64,000 nt of DNA from Anaerolineae bacterium (GTDB lineage Bacteria > Chloroflexota > Anaerolineae > UBA1429). The position numbers and the translations under genes are program-made. Where the stretch lies: positions 160,001-224,000 of the forward strand of contig OY776562.1 of NCBI GenBank assembly GCA_963675785.1, written 5' to 3'. The notes beneath the pieces were generated by a model that saw nothing but the letters and a program-made list of their open reading frames with translations, searched no databases and was not told the origin of the DNA. Positions 40,239-50,014 of this stretch are shown here, in pieces; positions within the stretch are counted from its first letter, which is position 1; every line of letters begins with the position of its first letter.

Positions 40239-41009
40239 ATGGCGGATGAAATGGTTCTTTGGCACTATACAGACGGCGATTGGCGGCAAGAGCGTCACTC
40301 CTTGGTGCCCGAGCGTCCGCTGGCCCTTTTTATCAACGGTCGGCAGATAGCAGTCATCATGCGTTTGCCCGGCTTGGAGCGTGAACTTGCTCTGGGCTAT
40401 TGCTATGATGAGGGCTTGTTGGTCGATGCTTCGGCGGTGCAGGGGATGTCCTTCAAGCCCGGTTCGCCGGACGAACTAGAGATGTTGGTCGAGCCTGAGA
40501 CACTGCGCGATAACGCCGTGTCTGCTATGCCTCGTCTGGTGATGGCTGTAGCGGGCGTGGTACAGACCGCCGGACTCGCACCCTTGGTTTCCTCATGCCG
40601 CGTTACGCCGGACAAGCTGTTGGCTATGCCTGCGTTACTGGATGCGGGCCAGGTGCAGCGCCGCGAGACGGGCGGCACCCATGCGGCGGGGTTGTTCTCC
40701 ATAGTCGAGGATTGGTACGTCGTGTGCGAGGACATTGGTCGACATAATGCGGTGGACAAGTGCGTGGGCACAGCGCTGTTGACGGGTCGTATGCCTGAGG
40801 AGATGGTGTTGCTGTGTACTGGCCGGCTCAGCTACGAGATGGTGGCCAAGGTTGTGCGAGCGCGTATCCCCATTATCTGCACGTTGGCTGTGCCCACGGC
40901 GCTGGCCGTCTCTTTGGCGGGAGAATACGGCATCACCCTTGTGTCGCGCCTCGATGATGACAGTTTCAGGGTGCACGCCCATCCAGAGCGCATTACGGGG
41001 TGGCACTGA
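40239..41009 (+). CDS. fdhD: Formate dehydrogenase accessory sulfurtransferase FdhD (divergent)
   Basis: TGGTHAAGL, EDIGRHNAVDK, TGRLSYEMV, PTALAV. Confidence 0.88.
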   Translation: MADEMVLWHYTDGDWRQERHSLVPERPLALFINGRQIAVIMRLPGLERELALGYCYDEGLLVDASAVQGMSFKPGSPDELEMLVEPETLRDNAVSAMPRLVMAVAGVVQTAGLAPLVSSCRVTPDKLLAMPALLDAGQVQRRETGGTHAAGLFSIVEDWYVVCEDIGRHNAVDKCVGTALLTGRMPEEMVLLCTGRLSYEMVAKVVRARIPIICTLAVPTALAVSLAGEYGITLVSRLDDDSFRVHAHPERITGWH

Positions 41010-43353
41010 TCTTAATGCGCTGCAGTTCAACCCCTTGGCCATCGCTGCCGCTTAGCACCACGGTGTAATTCCCTGGTTCGAGCGCTGGTGGGTAGAGGAC
41101 GTGCGTGTCCTGCAAAGTATATCCCTCTGGCCAATCGGTCAGGGTCAGATCTCCCCCCAATATCTGCACGAGCGTCTGCCACACGGTTTCGCGCCCTTGC
41201 ACCAACTGCACTTGCCAGTCGAGATCGATCGAGCCGGCCGTGCGCTGCCAGTAGAGGTCTAGCTTGAGGGGGGCTCCCGAATATAGCTTGAGTTCGTCCA
41301 GATACTCATACCCCAGGCGGTAGAGCCCGTGGCCTACCAAACTTAGGCCCGGCCAGTCGACCTCGTCCTCCGTGGGGATGCTCAGCGCCGTGAGTGGTGC
41401 GGGCGTCTCGGGTAAGGCCACTTCCACCGAGGAGATGAGGATGGCATCCATTGTGGTTCCGTCGGCCAGGGTGACGGGCAGGCGCTCGCCGGTTTCGCCA
41501 TCGTACATGCCCAGGCGAATGCTGTATTGCCCTGGTGCGCTGGCGGCAGGCACCAGTAACCCGTAATTGTCGATGACCATCTCGCCCACAGACCAGCCAT
41601 CGGTGGGGCGACTGCCACCAACCGGCTCGCTATCGCGTTGGCCGATGATGTTGCCTTGAGCATCCAGCAGGTGCACAAAGGTCTTGTAACGCGTGTCGGT
41701 CTCAGCAGTGCACTGCCAAAAGAGTGTCAACTGGATGATATCGCCGCTGGTGAGGGTTTCCGGCGTTAGGGCATAGCCATTCAGCGCAAATCTATTCCCC
41801 ACCTGAGCATTGATCGCGACTTCCGGCTCATCGGCAGAGGCGGTAGGCACGGCATAGACGGCCAGGCGCACGTTGCCGAACCAACTATCCATGGTCTTGT
41901 AGAGGTTCTCGTCAAGCCAGCCCTCAATGAGCCCCTCGGGATCGCTGTCGCCGGTGGCCCAGAGGATGGCATAGATGCGGTCGTGGTTGGCAGCGATCTC
42001 TTGCAGGCTGGCCAGGGTGCTGGCTTCGTCTAGCGGACGCTGTTCTGGCAGTGGGTAAACCGGTTGCTCGCCCGTATAGTAGAGGTCAAAGGTTTCTACT
42101 TGGGCAGGGGCGTTAATGAGCACGGCCGAATCTGCGGTAGCCGCCGCTTGGATGTATTCGGCGATGCCTCGGTAATCATCGCGAGCGTAAGCGGCATCCC
42201 AATAGAGGTTTTTCAGCGAAAGCACGGGGCCTGTAATTGCCATTCCCAGTAGCAGAATAGCTGCTAACCCGCTCAGCCACTTGGAGGATTTCGCTTGAAT
42301 AGCTTGGACGGTGTTGGTTATACCAGCGGCCTGCAACCAGCAAAAGCCGGGCACAGCCACGATAAAGAATTTGGGCTTGTACATCGGTTGGCGCAGAGAG
42401 AGGCCGTACATTACCAGGATAGGCACCATTACATAGGCGCCAGCTAATAGCCGATTATGAAGGTCGGTTGGTTTATCTACAGCACGATTCTTGAACACGA
42501 GCCCCAACAGTGCCGGCAGAGCGGCTAGCAGGCTCAACCCCAACCATAGTGTCGTATCTGGCGCAGTGACGCCCAGGCTGTAAACGCCGAACACGCGACG
42601 TGCGAGTTCCCACAGGCTCAGGGGCTCGCTGACCGAGGGCCAGGCGCTGAGCGAGGACCAGGAAAAGACCAGCCAGGGGACATAGAGAGCGATGAGCCCC
42701 AGCTGAAAGGCAGCCCAAATCAATAGGGTCTTCCAGGCGAAGCGTGCTTTGCTGTGGCGCTGCTCGGCGATTAGCCAAATCAGCACGGCCACATTCTCGG
42801 CGGCGACGATAGCAAAGACAAAGTAATGGGTATAGACACCCAAAGCCGTAACCAGCAGCCAGAGGAAACTGCGCCCTAGGGGCAACTGCCCCTTTTCTTT
42901 GTGCGCCTCGAACAGGCGGGTCAGGGCCAGCATGGAGAGGACGCCCAGCAGGGCAGCCATCTCGTACATGCGGGTTTCCTGGCTGTAATAGATGAGCAGG
43001 GGGTTGAGGGCTGCCAGTGCTGTGGCGAGCAGGGCTGTGCCATCACTGCTGAATTTTTTCACCAGGGCATACAGTGCAGCCACCAAAAAAATACCCAGCA
43101 CCGCCGAAAGGCTGCGTGTGCCCGTTTCACTGCTGCCAAAGAGGGACGTCCAGCTGTGCAGGAGGTAGTAATAGAGGGGTGGGTGGATGTCATTCGCGGC
43201 GTTCTCGGTGATGGTGGGCAGATCGCGCAGGGCCAGCGCTACGCTGGTGCCTTCGTCATTCCAGTAGCTCTGGGCATCCAGGCGGTAAAAGCGCAACAGA
43301 GCGGTTGCCAGCAAGATCAGAATAAGCAGAATGATGCATGTGCGTCGTTTCAT
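40993..43353 (-). CDS. GT-C (GT39/PMT_2-like) membrane glycosyltransferase with extracytoplasmic C-terminal domains
   Basis: SYWNDE, DIHPPLYY, YSQETRMY, THY; repeated L.L.W / Y..FVHL / PG.Y domains; ATG 43353 overlaps upstream stop. Confidence 0.85.
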   Translation of the reverse strand: MKRRTCIILLILILLATALLRFYRLDAQSYWNDEGTSVALALRDLPTITENAANDIHPPLYYYLLHSWTSLFGSSETGTRSLSAVLGIFLVAALYALVKKFSSDGTALLATALAALNPLLIYYSQETRMYEMAALLGVLSMLALTRLFEAHKEKGQLPLGRSFLWLLVTALGVYTHYFVFAIVAAENVAVLIWLIAEQRHSKARFAWKTLLIWAAFQLGLIALYVPWLVFSWSSLSAWPSVSEPLSLWELARRVFGVYSLGVTAPDTTLWLGLSLLAALPALLGLVFKNRAVDKPTDLHNRLLAGAYVMVPILVMYGLSLRQPMYKPKFFIVAVPGFCWLQAAGITNTVQAIQAKSSKWLSGLAAILLLGMAITGPVLSLKNLYWDAAYARDDYRGIAEYIQAAATADSAVLINAPAQVETFDLYYTGEQPVYPLPEQRPLDEASTLASLQEIAANHDRIYAILWATGDSDPEGLIEGWLDENLYKTMDSWFGNVRLAVYAVPTASADEPEVAINAQVGNRFALNGYALTPETLTSGDIIQLTLFWQCTAETDTRYKTFVHLLDAQGNIIGQRDSEPVGGSRPTDGWSVGEMVIDNYGLLVPAASAPGQYSIRLGMYDGETGERLPVTLADGTTMDAILISSVEVALPETPAPLTALSIPTEDEVDWPGLSLVGHGLYRLGYEYLDELKLYSGAPLKLDLYWQRTAGSIDLDWQVQLVQGRETVWQTLVQILGGDLTLTDWPEGYTLQDTHVLYPPALEPGNYTVVLSGSDGQGVELQRIKISATP

Positions 43354-45071
43354 GTCAGATCGCAATTGCCCTTGCGGCGGTTCTTGAGGCAGATAGCGGC
43401 TAGGGTGGCGAGCGCAAGCACAATGATGATGCCGGCTTCGAGCCAATGTGGATCCCCTTGATCAAAGATCAGCACGCCGTCGATTTCTGCTCGACCCGAG
43501 ACGACGGTGATGATAGCTGTGTGTTCACCCGAGCTTAGCCGATCACGCAAGCGCAAGTGTGTGCCGGTGTAAGAATCTGTCTTTTGGGCCGTCATGAATT
43601 CGACGGGCTCGCCGTCGACTGTGACGTCGAGTAGCACATCCCCCGTGGAGGGCAACATAACCAGGCCAAAGCGGTTGCCGCTAAAAGTGAATGTCAGAGT
43701 CTCTGGTGCATAGGCCTGAATGCACTCACCAAAGATAGCCTCGTCATCCTCGGCCACCTTCCAGCCATCGCTGTAGTCAAGGCCCCAGTCGTTCTCGTTG
43801 TGAAAACCCTCGGCCAGGGTGGGTGTTAGCTGCGTCAATTCCGCTATTGCGGTGTACACTGGCAAGGTGGTGAAATCGGGTTCTACCATGCGGAAATAGT
43901 ACCAGGCTTGATCCTGCTCGGCGTCAGAGGGACGCCGGAAGAACCAATAGTTCATCACGCCCATCCAGGGCCACTGCTCTTGGGCGAGGGTGTAGGCGGT
44001 TACGGTATATTCGGCCTGTTTTTCCTCGGTGACACGCCCGTAGATAGGGGCAGCCTCAAAATTTTCCGGAATGGCGTTCCAGCCGATCTCGGTGGCCCAG
44101 ATGGGGGTGGAAGAATCACCGTTTTCTACCATGATCTCGCGCAGCAAGGTGACGCGCTGAAAGTTGGCATTCTCTTCGCTGACACGCAGATCGGTAGGGC
44201 CAGTCCACAGGCCGTACACCTGAGCACCCATAATGTCGAAATAGCCGAGTGCGCCGGCATCGTACATGCTTTGTAGGAACATCAGGTCGCTCATGTTACT
44301 ACCGCCGGTCTCGGTGGTCTGAGCCAGTCCCGCGGCTAGAATCACACAGTCAGGGTCGGCCTCTTTGGCGCGCCGATAGCCAACTTTGAGCAGTTCGGTA
44401 TAAGCAGCTGGGTCTACGGCTTGATCGCCCCACTCTGGATAGATGTTGGGCTCGTTCCACAGCTGATAATAGCTGATGCGGCTGGCATAGCGGCTGACCA
44501 CGGCATAGACGAAATCGCCGTAATCAGCATAATCGTCGGGCGGTCCCTTGGACCATTCTGGTGTATCCTCGGTCGAGCGGCTCCAGACCGGCGGGTTGTC
44601 CAGTCGGGCGATGATCTGGATGCCGTATTTCTCGGCGGTTTCCACGATGAGGTCGTATTTGTCCCAGGCGCTGTGATCCCATTTGTGATCCCAGTAATCA
44701 CCCTTGCCCGAAATCTCGATGTCTTCCCAGGGGAATTCCTGGCGAATCCAAGTGATGCCAGCATCGGCCAGCAGGGCCATGCTTTCTTCAATCTTGGCCA
44801 ATTCGACTTCTTGCTCGAAAAAGGTATTGACGCCATAAGGGTAAACGCCACTATAGGCCACTGGCGTAAAAGGGTCTATATCGGGCTCGCTGCGCGTGAA
44901 CTTTATCCAGGCCAGCGAGAGGGAGCCCTTGATTTGCTCGGTCGTGTTTTCTTCGCCGGTCCAGGCATACATTTGCGTCTGAATGGCAGGCCAACAAGCC
45001 CAAATAACGCCGGTCAATAATCCCAGGCAGACGACAAGAATAATGATATTTATGATAACCCGTCTGGACAC
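43350..45071 (-). CDS. Membrane-anchored clan GH-A glycoside hydrolase (GH39/GH5-like) with C-terminal CBM-like domain and TM
   Basis: WIRQEFPW, QLWNEPN, IWATEIGW; N- and C-terminal hydrophobic helices. Confidence 0.8.
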   Translation of the reverse strand: MSRRVIINIIILVVCLGLLTGVIWACWPAIQTQMYAWTGEENTTEQIKGSLSLAWIKFTRSEPDIDPFTPVAYSGVYPYGVNTFFEQEVELAKIEESMALLADAGITWIRQEFPWEDIEISGKGDYWDHKWDHSAWDKYDLIVETAEKYGIQIIARLDNPPVWSRSTEDTPEWSKGPPDDYADYGDFVYAVVSRYASRISYYQLWNEPNIYPEWGDQAVDPAAYTELLKVGYRRAKEADPDCVILAAGLAQTTETGGSNMSDLMFLQSMYDAGALGYFDIMGAQVYGLWTGPTDLRVSEENANFQRVTLLREIMVENGDSSTPIWATEIGWNAIPENFEAAPIYGRVTEEKQAEYTVTAYTLAQEQWPWMGVMNYWFFRRPSDAEQDQAWYYFRMVEPDFTTLPVYTAIAELTQLTPTLAEGFHNENDWGLDYSDGWKVAEDDEAIFGECIQAYAPETLTFTFSGNRFGLVMLPSTGDVLLDVTVDGEPVEFMTAQKTDSYTGTHLRLRDRLSSGEHTAIITVVSGRAEIDGVLIFDQGDPHWLEAGIIIVLALATLAAICLKNRRKGNCDLT

Positions 45072-45136
45072 AGTTTCTCCTCGTGGTATACAAGCAGTAG
45101 TCTCAAGACGTGAGCATTAGACCCCATGTTCCCCGA

Positions 45137-46420
45137 CTATTCGCGTTTGCGCGTCGAACGGCGCACCTGGTGATCTGCCTCAGCACCGCTGTAGGGGGGT
45201 ACATCGAGGATGAGCTGGGTGCAACGATCCTGGTTGCTCATACGGCTGCGCAGGCGCTCGTCCAGTTGGTCCCATTCGTTGTTGCTGCAAGTGACAATGG
45301 TCGAGGCACCGGAGAGGAAGCGTGTGTTCAAAAGCTGAAAGAGCTTTTCGCGGGCCCAGGCTGAAGCATTTTGGGTGGACATATCGTCCAGCACGAGCAG
45401 CGGAGCGCCCTTGACCTGGTTAAAGCGTCGGTCGTAAGAAATGCCTGCTCCTGGCGAAAAGGTTGCCCGTAGATAGTCCATCAGGTCGGGCACCGAGACA
45501 AAGAACACGCCGATGCCCCGCCGCTGGATGTGGTTAGCAATGGCGGCGGCGATATGCGTCTTGCCGGTACCGTAATCGCCGCGGACGATGAGCCAGTTAT
45601 GGGGATTGTCAGCATAACGTTCGGCCACTTGCTGGGCCTCGCGAAAGGCCTTGAATGGACGCACTCGCAACGTCGAAAAGGTCATGGCTTGGTAAGGATC
45701 GAGACTGCCAAAGGTTTTGTCTTTGCCATCCATGCGAAAATCGGGTGAGACAAATTCGACCAGTTGAACCAGATGACGATCTCCCAGACGAGAGGCCAGG
45801 CGCGGGTCGATTTCATTCAGTGTTTGGTTGGTGGTCATTATCGTAGGCAGCTGGGCGTTATAGCGATAGTTCAAGATCTGGTAGAGCTTTTCCGCAGCCC
45901 AGGGCGTGGCATTATGAGTTCCCAGGTCATCCAGAATGAGCAGGTGGATGTTGCGGATGGCCTCCAGATGTTCGTCATAAGTGAGTGGACTGGAAGGCGC
46001 GTAGGTGCTGCGCAGCTGGTCGAGCAGATCTGGCACAACCTCAAACAGTGTGGGGACGCCTTGATCTGTGCAATAGTTGGCAATGGCGGCAGCAAGATGC
46101 GTTTTGCCGCAACCATGCCCGCCTCGAAGCATAAGCCAGCCGTGGGGGTTTTTAGCAAACTGTAAGCAGGTAGCTTTGGCTGCTGGCAGAAAAGGGTTTT
46201 GCTCTGGGGCAATAGGCGTCGTCTCTTGAAACGAGTCAAAGGTCATGTGTGTGAGATGCTCGACATTGCCTGTGTGGCGCAGCTGGTGGAGCTGTCTGTC
46301 TATCATCTCGCGTTGTTTGCATCTACAGGGCACAGCTTTGCCAAAGCGGGGATCGTCGACGGGGACGTCGAACAATATCCAGCCGGTGCCGCCGCAAATG
46401 GGACATTTGGGATCAGTCAT
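45137..46420 (-). CDS. DnaC/DnaI (IstB-like) helicase loader with two tandem AAA+ domains
   Basis: N-terminal CPIC...CRC; GGHGCGKTH/LILDD and GDYGTGKTH/LVLDD; R..SR arginine-finger regions in both halves. Confidence 0.85.
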   Translation of the reverse strand: MTDPKCPICGGTGWILFDVPVDDPRFGKAVPCRCKQREMIDRQLHQLRHTGNVEHLTHMTFDSFQETTPIAPEQNPFLPAAKATCLQFAKNPHGWLMLRGGHGCGKTHLAAAIANYCTDQGVPTLFEVVPDLLDQLRSTYAPSSPLTYDEHLEAIRNIHLLILDDLGTHNATPWAAEKLYQILNYRYNAQLPTIMTTNQTLNEIDPRLASRLGDRHLVQLVEFVSPDFRMDGKDKTFGSLDPYQAMTFSTLRVRPFKAFREAQQVAERYADNPHNWLIVRGDYGTGKTHIAAAIANHIQRRGIGVFFVSVPDLMDYLRATFSPGAGISYDRRFNQVKGAPLLVLDDMSTQNASAWAREKLFQLLNTRFLSGASTIVTCSNNEWDQLDERLRSRMSNQDRCTQLILDVPPYSGAEADHQVRRSTRKRE

Positions 46421-47072
46421 CGTTGCGTACTCTTGCCATCATCTTTGCCGCGCGTTTGCCAGCGTTCGAGTACGGCGCGAATGTAGCGCCAACTCCGAGC
46501 ATTGTTTTCAACGGCTATGCGAAAAGCCTCTTCAATCCAATCGGTGGGATAGATCTCTTCTGCCTCTTGGAGTTCTTCGGCCAGCAAGGGCTGTAGTAGC
46601 CCAATGTTTTGTTCGTAGAGTTCAAAAATGTGTGGACGTTCGCGTTGAATGTGAGGTTCTAAAACATGCCCCTCGCGTTCAAGAACCAATCCGCCGCTTT
46701 TGATCTCGCGTTCTGCCTGGCGGCTCAGGGCCGTGTTCATCATAATATAGCGTGTCTGCTCGGTGCCTTCGTCGATGTGAATTTCTAGCAGCACACCATG
46801 TACAATGGCGGCCTCGACGGCCTGACGCAGTACCTCGATGCGCTCTTTCATTGAGAGTGATTCGCCCATGGCCGTGAGTAGCGTGCCCTCGGTTTCTAGC
46901 TCTTTCAGGGTCATATAACGCGGATAACCCGACTGGCGGCGTAAATACCAAAACATGTACAGAATAATCTTGAGTTCTGCCAGGTCTGTAACCTGGGGCA
47001 GTATCTCTGTGTAGAAAAGATCTGGAATAGGTGTGACGCGCAATTTGCCGTCAGGGAAGCCTTGAAAGTCGA

Positions 47073-47076
<4 letters not shown>
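46417..47076 (-). CDS. DnaD-domain replication protein
   Basis: N-terminal wHTH (ELKIILY); C-terminal DnaD/DnaB_2 motif [10 protein letters not shown]...[11 protein letters not shown]. Confidence 0.85.
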
Positions 47077-48443
<1,367 letters not shown>

Positions 48444-48446
48444 AGG

Positions 48447-48944
48447 TTATTCTCTCCCCATATCATCCATGTCAAGTGAATCGATGAGATCGCGGTAGAC
48501 ATCTAGTTCGTCGTCTGGAGTTTTCTCACCCATCTCTAGGCGTTCTGCTTCTTTTATGCCTGCGCGGTCGAACACGCTTTCCTCTACATAGATGGGAATT
48601 GAGGCGCGCAGGGCAAAGGCGATTGCATCGCTCGAACGTGAATCAATATACTTTATCTCGCCATTCTGAGAGATGGCTAATCTCGCATAAAAGACGTTAT
48701 CTGACAGTTCACTCACAACAGCATATTGTGGAGATCCACCCAGCTCGCGGACTATGCTCAACAAGAGATCGTGGGTCAGGGGGCGCGGTACAGGGGTCTC
48801 TTGCAGGCGAATGGCGATGGATTCGGATTCGGCCAGGCCAACAAAAATCGGCAAAAAGCGATCCCCATCCTCTTCACGCAAAAGGACGACGCGGTGCCGA
48901 GAAAGTAGACTATAGTATAGCGAGTACACACTTACTTGGATCAT
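48447..48944 (-). CDS. Bifunctional nuclease family protein (DUF151/BFN)
   Basis: LPIFVG..E..SI, RPLTHDL, FYARL, DSRSSDAIA; ATG 48944 with AAGGGG SD. Confidence 0.9.
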   Translation of the reverse strand: MIQVSVYSLYYSLLSRHRVVLLREEDGDRFLPIFVGLAESESIAIRLQETPVPRPLTHDLLLSIVRELGGSPQYAVVSELSDNVFYARLAISQNGEIKYIDSRSSDAIAFALRASIPIYVEESVFDRAGIKEAERLEMGEKTPDDELDVYRDLIDSLDMDDMGRE

Positions 48945-49072
48945 GTGCAGCGACCCCTTTCGTGAGTTGATTATAACACACCAGCAGGCTCTGGCACAGC
49001 GAGAGCGCCCAACTGGGAGCACGGACGCAGATGCAGGTATAATGGCGTCGATATGATTTATGGAGAAGGTAC

Positions 49073-50014
49073 ATGAGCAAGACCTTGATTGGGTTGGATA
49101 TCGGAGGAACCAAGACAGCGCTGGTTTTGGGGGATGATGAGGGGCAGGTAACGTTGCGCCGCCAATTTCTCACCGATCCCGTTGGTGGTTTTACGGGTTG
49201 GCTGAAACAACTGGGTGCGCTGTATCATCAGGTCGTACTAGAGGTCGATTCGCCTCAGGCCATAAGCGTTTCCATTGGTGGCCCATTAGATATCGAACGC
49301 GGCATCATCTATTCGCCGCCGAATCTGCCAGGCTGGGATGCTGTCCCACTTAAAGCAACATTAGAAGAGCGTTTTGATCTCCCCGTCTATGTCGAACATG
49401 ATGGCAACGCAGGCGCTATTGCCGAATGGCGATTCGGCGCAGGACGCGGCACACGCAATATGGTATTTCTTACTATGGGGACGGGTCTTGGCGCTGGATT
49501 CATCTTGGATGGGCGCGTATACCGTGGCACCACCGACCTTGCCGGAGAAGTGGGTCACATGCGCATTGCCGAGGATGGTCCTGAGGCGTATGGCAAGCGA
49601 GGCTCTTGGGAGGGATACTGTGCTGGGCCGGCTTTTGCTCGCTTGGCACAGCAGATGTACCCCTATCGCTGGCCGGAATTGCCAGCGACGCCCGAGATAG
49701 CATCGCTGGCGCTGGCGGGCGACGAACAGGCGCTCGATGTGGTGCGCCGCGTGGGCACGTATTTGGGCAGGGGGCTGGCTGTGCTCGCTGATTTGCTGAA
49801 TCCCGAGTGCGTCGTCATTGGTAGTATGGCCGTGCGCTTGGGCGATCTGGTGCTGGAACCTGCCCGGCAGGAACTGGCCCGAGAAGCACTTACTGCTGCT
49901 GCCGCTGCCTGCCGGGTAGTGCCGGCTGCGCTTGGCGAAAGTATCGGCGATATCGCCTCATTGTGTGCGGCAATTCAAGCCCTGCATGAAAAGGGAGTTG
50001 AGGATAATGGTTGA
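49073..50014 (+). CDS. ROK-family sugar kinase (glucokinase-like)
   Basis: GLDIGGTK, EHDGNAGAIAE, GTGLGAG, GEVGHM. Confidence 0.9.
   Translation: MSKTLIGLDIGGTKTALVLGDDEGQVTLRRQFLTDPVGGFTGWLKQLGALYHQVVLEVDSPQAISVSIGGPLDIERGIIYSPPNLPGWDAVPLKATLEERFDLPVYVEHDGNAGAIAEWRFGAGRGTRNMVFLTMGTGLGAGFILDGRVYRGTTDLAGEVGHMRIAEDGPEAYGKRGSWEGYCAGPAFARLAQQMYPYRWPELPATPEIASLALAGDEQALDVVRRVGTYLGRGLAVLADLLNPECVVIGSMAVRLGDLVLEPARQELAREALTAAAAACRVVPAALGESIGDIASLCAAIQALHEKGVEDNG

Noticed and set aside
45137-46420. IS21 element (IstB-like ATPase)
   Set aside because: No istA transposase or terminal inverted repeats; coupled to dnaB and dnaD, so a helicase loader is more likely
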